A stretch of 64,000 nucleotides of DNA. It comes from Eledone cirrhosa (taxonomy: Eukaryota). The position numbers and the translations under genes were made by a program. Each line of letters starts with the position of its first letter. Within the stretch, counting starts at the first letter, position 1. The notes beneath the pieces were generated by a model. The model saw only the letters and a list, made by a program, of their open reading frames with translations. It had not been told where the DNA came from and did no database searches. The stretch covers positions 271,250,001-271,314,000 of the forward strand of contig OZ024743.1 of assembly GCA_964016885.1 (NCBI GenBank), in the 5' to 3' direction. Shown in pieces: positions 53,379 through 64,000 of the stretch.

Positions 53379-53683
53379 TGTTTAGATAGTTTTTGCTAAA
53401 CCATTACAATGTCAATGTTTAAAGTATTTTATACATTCATTCAATTTTTGACTATCTAAAGAGGAGAAATTAAAAAAAATGTACTAGATACCCCTTCATA
53501 GCAGTAATCAATATGATGTACAATGAATCATTCAACCTAACCAAACTTAACCCTTTCATGACCATATTTCTAACAAAAATATACTGCTTTTATGTTGTCA
53601 AAATCAGTTATGGGAGGGTTAGTGAAATAACTAACTATTTTAATGGCAAATATTTAATTCAAATTCAATATCTGTCATGTAAT

Positions 53684-53855
53684 AATTGTTTCTACTTTAG
53701 GCACAAGGCCAGCAATTACCCAGTGCATTACTGGTACTTTATTTTATCGACCCTGTAAGGATAAAAGGCAAAGTCAACCTCGGCGGGATTTGAACTCAGA
53801 TCGTAACTATGCTGGAAAACACGGCGTCCGACCCTCTACTGATACTGCCAATCCG
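53684..53855 (-). mobile_element. SINE family M with TSD GTAATAAT (another copy on + at 57742-57885)
   Basis: Same sequence family as 24221-24407. Confidence 0.88.
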
Positions 53856-55774
53856 TAATAATGATATTCCAGTTCAAGGTTTGAATTTAAATCTAAGCAG
53901 TGGCTTGACATTTAACTCTTGAGACCAAACTGCCTCCGATTCTATGATACAGAACTTTAAAGTTTAATATTTATCTAAAAACCTTCGATCAATTCTATAT
54001 ACAAACCTTTGTTCCAAACACTAGCTTACTAACAAGAAAGTTAAGCATATGAAATCTCCCAATATGTTATATTTAAATTTATTTGAAAATTTACTCAGTA
54101 ATTCAACTTAAGTGTTAGCATTATGATAGATTATATTACTAAGCAACAAGCCTGTTCTAGATTCTAGAAGAACCATTTTCATTATAATGTAAATATTTTA
54201 AATGTGGACTAATGTTAATATTCAACAAAATATGTCAAATCACATACTCCCAATGTAGCCATAGCACAAAGACAAGGACCAACAAATAGGACCACAGTAA
54301 TAATTATTCATGAATTTAAAGAATGACAAGAAATTACATTGTTTTAAGTCTGAAGTATCACAAATTCAGCAATCTAAATAATTTGGAAGTAAAAATGAAG
54401 ATAGACAATAATGCCTAATGCATTTCATTATATTCAAAGATTGCTGAATGCCAAAAGAACTTAAAAAAACAATGCTCCCCACTCCCTATCAATACAAATG
54501 CACCCAATATGTTTTAGCTGCTAAAAGAACTTACAAGTGCATTAACTAGTACCAATATAAAAACAATCACATCTTGAACCTCCATTTTGTAACTTCATAA
54601 AAAACAAACTAGAATAGATACATCCCACATTGTAAAGAGGCAGTCCTGGTGCCACAATAAAAAGCACCCAGTCAACTGCCAGGCAGTTGCGGTGGTGTCA
54701 TGATAAAGCACATCTGGTACACACAATGGCATAGTTAAGGAGTATGCTTTGCAATCATGTGGTTTTATGTTCACTCCCAATGCATGGCACCGCTGGCAAG
54801 TATCTTCTATAACCTTGAAGTTGACCAATGCTTTGAGTAAAATTTGGTAGACAGTAAAGGTGATAGCGTGTGTGCATACACATACGTGTGTAGTTACATC
54901 TACTGTCTGTATAAACCCAAATTAGCTGTTCAACAAAACAAATCAATAAAATCAGTACAAAGGTGGATATGATTGACTAAATTCCTTTCAAGTCCGACTG
55001 AAATCAGTAAAATGCTAAACGGTTATTCCGTTCATATAGTGATTAACAAATTGGAGACTAAAAAACAAACAGTCAATATTATAGCATGCACAACTACGTA
55101 TTCCTAAGCATCAGAATTACCATTACAATATTCTATCCCATTAAGCATTAAGATACATTGCTCAGTTTTCTTGAAAGGGATCTTACACTTTATCCCTTTC
55201 ATGATTGCCTTTCTAAGGAAATATTTCAATTAAGAATTTTCAGAGATTTACTAAAAGAATTATTACTAAGATAAATAACTTGACATATGGCTTTTATTTA
55301 AAACTATGCTGGGAGATTCTAATTTAAACAGGAACTCTAAATGGTTGGCGTTAGGAAGGGCATCCATGTATAAAATGGAACGTATGAGCATCAACTGGTT
55401 CACTGACGTGTCTAGTCTTAGACCGTGTAAACCCGTCCAGCTCATGTCAACATGGAAAACAAACGTTAATTGATAATTCTAGAGTAATATTGATCCTACA
55501 ATGTTTTCATACAAAACACTTCCAAGTTTCTTTTTTAAATAAATATATATTTCGACGTCAGTTCCAACCGTCATGAATATTGCAATGTATACTTTATTTT
55601 ATACTCCAGCATTAAACTTTCGATCAATATTTGAGTTTATTGTAAGATTAAACCAATCGCAGTGCCAATTAGGACATCAGCCAATATCGAGCATAAGTTA
55701 CACAATTTCGAATGAACAATCCAATTTATCTTTTACATGTTAAATTTCTCGGGGGGGGGGGGAAGGGGGAGGAG

Positions 55775-55843
<69 letters not shown>

Positions 55844-56546
55844 CTTTGAAAGCAATATTGGATTAAATAAACATTTATAGGTAAACAATTAGGATACTGA
55901 AATATTAAGTTTTAACAATTTAACCCGAAGAAGCTTTTATATACATGGAGAGGAAAACGAGGTCCAAAGTGCAACATGTTAAAACAAAACGATAAAAGCT
56001 AACAAAAGGAAACAAAAATAGTTAACATAATTTTAGTGCGATGGGGGAGGAATTGCCAGTCAGGTAACTGAAATCATGTGTTCCATAACGAAAGTACCCA
56101 CTAAAATTATATAATAGAGAACAAAATATATCAACGAGAGCCTTAATGTGATTCTCAATACCGTCTTTTGTCACATCTAACTCGATATATTTTACCATTT
56201 AGCACTTTACTATCATCCAAAAATATACACATTCTATTAAGTATCACCAGGTCACGCTTTCGTTTAAGCTCTTCTCTGTAGTTACGTAATATATGTCAAA
56301 CCCCTTTACAACGAGAAGCTGTACATTTCAAAATATTTCTCCCATTGTTATTCAAACTCCTTTAAGGGGGATACATTTACTCCTGATTGGGAAGTAGCTG
56401 CCTATCCAGAAATAGATCATATCCCCTATATACCAACTTGAGTAAGACGGGACCGAACCCTTTAAATCAACAAGGACTGCAATTGTTTACTTTAAGAAAA
56501 AATATCGCTGGATTATATATATATATATATATACCATATCAATTTC

Positions 56547-56579
<33 letters not shown>

Positions 56580-59500
56580 AAGAATTTGGAGAGATATAGT
56601 TAAATAGTTTAGTAATTTAGTGTTTCGAACACGATTTAACATAACTTCCTTAAAACTATGACGTTTTAATAGAAATATGAACGAGTTATATATATATAAA
56701 TTGAACCAAATGTGATCTCTGGTGTGCCCTAACACTTGATAACACATCTAGACTAAGGAGGGGAAGAAAGACACGGAAAATAATTATATTGATCTGAAAG
56801 GAAAGCGATGATGGAAGAGTAAAAATCTATCAGTCAACAGGAGAGGAAACTGGCCTCCTGAAATATATAGGTCGATCATAACGGCATCTCACTAAATATT
56901 GATTTTTCAATTAGAAATGATGAGATCAGGGAGGGAGAAGAAACGGGAGTTGCGACATTCATTCACATTTTCTCCAACCAAACAAGCTAACTCCAGGTAG
57001 AATCTCACTTAAAACTAGTGCTAAAAGATGGAACAAAACTAAACGATATTAAACATGAATGTATGTATATACATACACCCTATCACCTTAAATGATACAA
57101 CGGATATTTTAATCCTGGATACATTATGCCGAAAAAAGACCCCAGGTCGTGGAGGTGCCACGGCAAAAAAACAAAAAAAAAAAACACCCAGCCCACACTC
57201 AATGAGGTTGGTGTTAGGAAGGGCATCCAGCTGTAGAAATCAAGCCAGAATCAGTTCCCGTCCCACCCTTGCAAGCAGGGAAAAGCGGACGTAAAATGAG
57301 TGGAGATTTTGTTCGTATCATGAATTCACACTCGAATCAATAAAGCCTCCATTCATAAGCTAGTCAGTTCTGATCATTTAACAGATGAAAATGTCATTAA
57401 TAAAACTGGATTATCTGGTCCGTCCAATTACAAATTTCCTTTAAAATTTCAATATGAAAAAAAAAAAAATCTAAAAATTTAAATAACATTTTTTAACACG
57501 AACACAACAGTTGCAATCTCCCGGAAACTCCAGAAGAGAGCAAACATTAACAATTGGGATATTTATTTTAAATAGTTATTAAAACAAGTCTCGATATCTC
57601 AAAAGTAATGTGATTTACAGTCAGTTTATTTTTAAAAAAGAAAAAAACCCAAAACAAAATGAATAAAACCCATGACTAAAATACTTCACGTGAATAAGAC
57701 TGAGACGTAGAAAATGGGATGGGTAAAACAAACGGAAACTATCCCGCCGACGGTTAACTTTGCCTTTCATCCTTATGGGGGTCGATAAAATAAAGTACCA
57801 GTCACGCACTGGGGTCGATTTAATCGACTTTCCCCTCCCCCCAAATTACTGGCCTTGTGCCTATATAAGAAACCATTATTTATTTATCACGAGAACAGTT
57901 AAAGAAAGGTGCGGTGGCGAATATACAACCAACAAAACCACTGATGATTCGATTTCCATTGTAAATGTTTATTTACAAATGATTTGATAAAATAAAAAAT
58001 AAAAAAACCCACCCATTATAGTGGTTAATATTTTTTTAATAATAATTATAAAGAAATTCCATTTGATATCTACTCGGAGTGTATGCTAGACACCACAGCT
58101 ATATAACCAAGCGGACTGACCTTGCATGGACCCCGCAGATTAACACATTGGGATCCTTGTGTATTATTTATAGTAGGAACATTAAATCAAAATACATTTG
58201 GGACCCTCGCTGCAGCCCAGTCTGAACCCCCCCCCCTCTGAATTCGCTACTGATAACCACAAACACGGTACCCTATTGTTCATTTAACCTTTGCTGCACC
58301 GCCCCTTTCCCCCCACTAATACTTTGATCATATCTACAAAATTGACCTTTGTCTCAAGAAGGACGGCCAAAAATCGGGGAAAAAAAAAAACCAAAAAAAA
58401 AAAAACCGATGTACAGCTCCCTTCACCATCTGTAGCTAAAATTTCAACGATAAATATAACCACTAGACTTCCAATAGCTCGACATGCTAGAAATAGCTAC
58501 CAAACATCTAACCTACACACCCGCCTTAAAAAAAAAGAAAAAGATACGCTGGTTAATGTTTTAGATATATTACGCCTTTAACAAAATGCATTGTCATAGC
58601 TGACTAAATACCTTGTCACATGTTAAATCAAGAATTAAATAACTACCACTGGGTTTCGAAATTAGCACTGGTCTAAACAAAGAGGCTGACCGGAAGCATT
58701 CATCCGTACTCGACATTGCTCTCGGTAGAACCTTTTGCTTAAGGTTACTGTCACATCAACGAGCTTGGAACACCATACCAAAACTAACCAAAAAAGAAAA
58801 ATAACTTCAAAATTTGTTTAGTGTAATAACTGCTGCCGTAAATATAAATTTAGGGTGTCACCATTAAAAAGGAAATGTGAAAACACCATTTTACGACAGC
58901 TAAAATCCTTTACCGTAATCGTCCGGTTTACTGCGCCATAAGCTCAAATCTCACCGAGGTTGATAAATATACCACCAGCCCGGTCATGATGTTGACCTGG
59001 AGAAGGATGGACTTCACCAGGTTTAAAAATGTACAAAACATGCATGTCATGACGGTGCCCCTATGACTCCAATATATTAGGACCGATGTTCTGTTCGGAG
59101 TTCAAAACTTGGCAACGGATATCACTAAAACATTAAGAATCTTTTCTAATTTTTTTTTATTTTTTGTGAAGATCTGGTTGTTAGAATTTCCCAGAGTTTA
59201 AATTTAGTCCATTTCTTTTAAATTTTGGATTATCTCAATAATTTCAGCTTAGAATTGTAACTGCGTACAGCAGATACTAAATATGGAATCACATTTCCCG
59301 TCCCAACACGAAAAGCGGCATGAAATGAAAGCCTTGCTGAAGAACGCAACGCAACGCGCCGCCCGATCCAAGAATCGAAACTACCTACAACTTTATGATC
59401 GTGAGTCAAACACCCTAGCTACTACCCCTTACTAAATCCACAGTGCCTAATACCATAGTTGGACCGATTATTCTCACTGACCCCATTTCAGCTACCTTGG

Positions 59501-60543
59501 AGCCATCCACATCCTATTTTATTCAACCAGAAAATATCCTCTGGAAGTGTAACGCACAAACGAGACTGTTTTCCGTTCGGAAGTCAGTTGAAATATTTTA
59601 GAACAAGATGCTTGCCTGTATCTGAGAAACAAAACCATTTCCCCAAACAGTAAGAGCAATAACCACCCCCCATAGTGATTGTCACCACAATAGTAGAGGA
59701 GACAGCTGAATATAATAGTATATAAAAAAAAGCAACAGTAAGGGAGGAGGGTCACCTGTAGCTACTGGACCAAGCAGCAACAACACATTCACTCACCAAC
59801 CATCAATGATATCGCTCGATAAAAATTTACAGTAGCCCAACTGTGTGTGTGTATATAAGAGTAAAAACAGAAGCTGTAGAAAGGAAAACGTCTATTTAAA
59901 AGAACCATCGAGAGAGGATAAGGGTTGAAAAACAAAGCGATAGGAAATGAAAGGATAGGTGAGAGCGAGGGAGAGAGATTCTTCACGTGACTTATTAGTA
60001 TGCCGAGTCCCCCACTCCTCTCACTGGATACTCGAAGAAAGATATTACCAAACCCAACATACTTCAATAGAAAATATTTAGATATCAAACATTTTGTACA
60101 TCTATTCAGAATTTATTACAAGCCTAAAAAAGCTGTTCCGTTTATATATATATTGATATCTCTATACCCAACTCATACCGAGTCCTTTCTGGATTTTCGT
60201 CGGTATTATAATATATATATATGATTATGGAAAGACGGATGCGAAATTAAGTGATGCTCCTTGTCTGTGAGCACTAGTAACATAGGAGTTAAGGTATTAA
60301 ACAATTAAGACTCATGGACCGATCTATAGTTCTATTTAATACTAGTGGATTCCAAATGAGCTGGAAATCAAACGGTTTGCCATGACGTGTGGAAGAAAAC
60401 AGGAGTGCAAAACAATGGATTAAAATTACTGATATTGGTCGTGTGACGAAAAGATTTCACGAAACCAATTCCATCGGGGGTGGGGGTAATGGAGTGAAAA
60501 TTAAATGAAAAGCATTTGTCACAACATACATCAATGAGAAGAG

Positions 60544-60578
<35 letters not shown>

Positions 60579-60958
60579 GGGGCGAAGAATTAGAGCAATT
60601 ATAGATGAATTTTAAAATTACGATATTTTGAGGGAAAAAATTCAAACACCACCTCGTAGAATATCCTAATTTAGAACCAACAAAAACTTAAGGGCAACAG
60701 TGTTGAAAATATAATTATAACGGGTGTAAATGGAGCAAAGAGATATTCTAATTTAATTTCCAGCACACACACAGAGGACTACCATGAGTGGGCGTGTATG
60801 GTAGTCTGAATGATAAAGAGTTAAGATTTCAGACTAACTCCTAAGAGAGGAAGGAATAGCTTTTTTTTTTATCTCTTCGCCTAGGCCTTATTTCTTGAAG
60901 ATCAAATACTTATAAACCTTATTCCAAATATACCTTTTAAAAATACTCTCGTATAGAC

Positions 60959-61011
<53 letters not shown>

Positions 61012-61497
61012 GCTAGACAGCCAAGTATCCTTTAACTTATGGCGTGAGCCAGTCTATTCACCTACAATAATTACATCGAGATTTAAATTAGATAAAAAGG
61101 TACATAAATTAAAAGCAAACCTCACTGCACAAATTTAATTACTTGACACGACCATACACACATGTATATAGATATATACCATATTCTACTGCACACACAC
61201 ACACACCTCAACTACATAATATATGCATGTTACAGGCTAAAAATATATCTAGTCTCGTACATGTGTATAGACATTTTACAAATAGTATCCCCACCACTGT
61301 ATTATATATATAAATATATATATCCTAGTAAACGTGAGCATATATAGTATATAATACATTTACAGGCGTATATGTAAATTTAACTTAAGTTAAAATACCT
61401 CCCCCACATCTGACGAAACTTTTGTCCAAGAGTCATTGAGCCGAACCTGTGTTTATAGATTAAAATCTAATTGCTGGTCGGTATAATTTACCGCCAA

Positions 61498-61539
<42 letters not shown>

Positions 61540-63019
61540 GACATACAAAGTATGTCAAGTAGAACTACACATTATGTAATATCAATAAGGGAAACGTTAA
61601 AATGAATTAGGAACACGATTTGGTCACCTATGTTAGAAGTAATGGTTTATAAAGAGTGGATGGGCAATAAGGACACGGGATACATATACGAAGGAAATGA
61701 TCAACAGTAGATATTCACAGCTTAGAGATCGATGTGCGTTTGGTCACAACAGAAAAGACGGACTGTATTGAATCATGAATGGATTTGGTGTCTTGCTTCA
61801 CTGAATTTTAACTCTACAGGTATTCTATTACAATTGAAAAGGGACTAGGTAGTACACAAACTACCCTTATCAAATAGACAAATGCATACATATATACACA
61901 CACACACACACAGGTATTACTAATCGAGACTCGTAGGAAGACTATTATTCAACTCAGTAGTCCATACTTTAAGTGTGCGTGTGCGTATATATATCTTTTA
62001 ACGTCCGTTTTCCTGCTGGCAAGAGTTGGCCCTTATATAATCAAAACGTAAGTGCTGTAATTCAAGATAACCCTAGGTCATCAAATATTGAACACGCCTT
62101 ATGATCAGACCCTTCAATCATGACCATACTTTTTATACCTCAGACTACACTTAATATTAAGTCTATTTTTTTTTAAACGATAGAATATGATTTCAGATGG
62201 ATATTTAGTTACTATTTCTAGCAGGTCGAACGACCAGTAGTGATAGTAGCAGTGTTATAATAGTAATAATGACTATACTAATAATTGATGGATGCCGATA
62301 AATACGAGGAACGGCCAATCATTATGTTACTTCTAGAATAGAAAGTGATTGAGAATTAATGTAGGCGGTAGCGGCAGTAGTAGCAGCAATAACAATGGTT
62401 TCTATAACATAGGCACAAGGTCACATCTTTGGAGAGGCTACTGTTGGTTATATATATATATACTACCGTTGACTTGACAGGCACTGGGAAACCTGTGTCT
62501 CAACGCAAATGATCATAATAACAAATCGCTACAATGTCAGAGAAAATCGGGTTATTTAGTTGATTTTCTATTATTATGGTCATTTACGCTTAAACATTTC
62601 ATATTCATCGATTAAACAGCGGTACTTAATGGTATTTAATGTTATCAAACCCAGAAGAGGGCAAAGTCGACCACCAGCGGGACGAACTGAAAAACACTGT
62701 AGTTTAACTCAGGTCAGACCTGATAGAACGGACCTATAATCAGCAATGACAATCCAGTTTTTTTTTTCAAGCAGATATAATTTAGTTATTGACTACATTA
62801 ATCAAGAGGTCCTTTTTTCTAGAGTGTGGTTTTAGAGAGATTCGGGTATTTCCGAATAACTCGCGTTACTTGACAGTTGTGTTAACACACCCTTCACAGA
62901 AAAGAAACGAAATCAGCTGAATTCGAACTCAAATTATAAAAGGGGCATAACAAATGACAGGCAGTTCATTTCATAAATGATAATAGTAAGAACATAAAAC
63001 ATAATACTGGGTGTGTGTA

Positions 63020-63069
<50 letters not shown>

Positions 63070-63122
63070 CACACATACGCGTGTGAGCTGAGAAACAATG
63101 GAAATTTCAAGCAAAACAACAG

Positions 63123-63166
<44 letters not shown>

Positions 63167-63198
63167 TAATATAATATAATATATAGTATATAACTTAC

Positions 63199-63274
63199 CA
63201 CTAAATACCATTGCTGATGTGGCACCCATTACACCAAAAAACGGCGCATAAATTGGAGCATCGTCGGTAGACAT
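63199..63274 (-). CDS. ATP6V0C: V-ATPase subunit c, exon 1 coding part (76 bp)
   Basis: MSTDDAPIYAPFFGVMGATSAMVFS(A), donor G|GTAAGT; 76+184+208 = 468 nt = 155 aa plus stop. Confidence 0.97.
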
Positions 63275-63409
63275 GATGTTATATTTAGTGAGTAATTAAG
63301 GGGTTATATATATATATATGGATTCAATGAATAGAGACAGAGATAACTATATATATATAAATATATAGTAACGGAGAGAGAGATAAAAATAATGTGAGAG
63401 ATTAAAGAG

Positions 63410-63625
63410 GTCTAAAGTGTTGGCAGGCAAGTTCTCAAATACCAAGCACTAAATGGGAAACTATCAAGCACACGGGAAAATGGCGCAGTAGTCATATGAT
63501 TGTGTTGGCTGGCATGAATTACAAAAGATAAACGATTCTCATTAGTCGGCTATATCGAGGCTGACCAATCAGAATTAGGCTTTTCTGAAATATTTACATA
63601 CACATCCGTTTCCGCTTTTCTTTTT
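63410..63625. promoter_or_regulatory. Candidate bidirectional housekeeping promoter
   Basis: Locally CpG-richer; YY1-like AAAATGGCG (about 63477), CCAAT box GACCAATCAGA (about 63564), ETS-like TTCCG (about 63610); lies between two divergent ATGs. Confidence 0.6.
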
Positions 63626-63888
63626 ACAATTTTTCCTTTTCTTTTTTTTAAACATAAGAAAGAAAGAAGTAAATAAAATAATTCAGAAAAGTAAATAAAT
63701 AAATAAAAATTCATTTTCCCTCATGCCACCACATGGCTAAATGTTGAGGTTTCAATTCTGAAGTTGTTTATTTGAAAATCAATTATATTTTGTAATAATA
63801 TTAATAACAATAATATATATATGTATATATAAATATATATAAAACATTTGTCTTTCTTTCTTCATCATACCATACAAAATTTCTTACG

Positions 63889-63906
63889 ATGAAGTTTTCC
63901 TTTCAG
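63889..63906 (+). CDS. Probable first coding exon of a divergent gene (MKFSFQ), resembling the PWP2 N-terminus
   Basis: ATG AAG TTT TCC TTT CAG followed by a consensus donor GTAAGT; only six codons, so the identity is tentative. Confidence 0.45.
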
Positions 63907-64000
63907 GTAAGTTTTTTTTATTGTTAATTTAAAAATATATCTATATATATATATTCTTAAATTTTTATTTTCTATATTCTATAGTTTTAAACATGATTTT

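Overview
AT-rich, repeat-dense animal genomic DNA. The SINE/LINE repertoire and (TA)n/(CA)n load suggest an octopus or other cephalopod (inference). One complete host gene is present: a 3-exon V-ATPase 16-kDa proteolipid subunit c gene on the minus strand (CDS 63274-63199, 51955-51772, 48554-48347; 155 aa). It lies head-to-head with the probable first exon of a + strand gene (MKFSFQ|gt, PWP2-like). The rest is minisatellites, 5'-truncated RTE LINEs whose RT carries an inserted PHD finger, tRNA-derived SINEs, mariner MITEs and Penelope-like elements (PLEs, GIY-YIG). The most notable signal is a set of six distinct type-I hammerhead ribozyme motifs (eight copies) in PLE or PLE-like termini. Most have a minimal palindromic stem III, four have a greatly expanded stem II closed by an N.A mismatch, and two carry a compensatory U3-A8 core. 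One sits in a 525-bp non-coding, retrozyme-like unit. All structures were read by eye; nothing was computed or searched.
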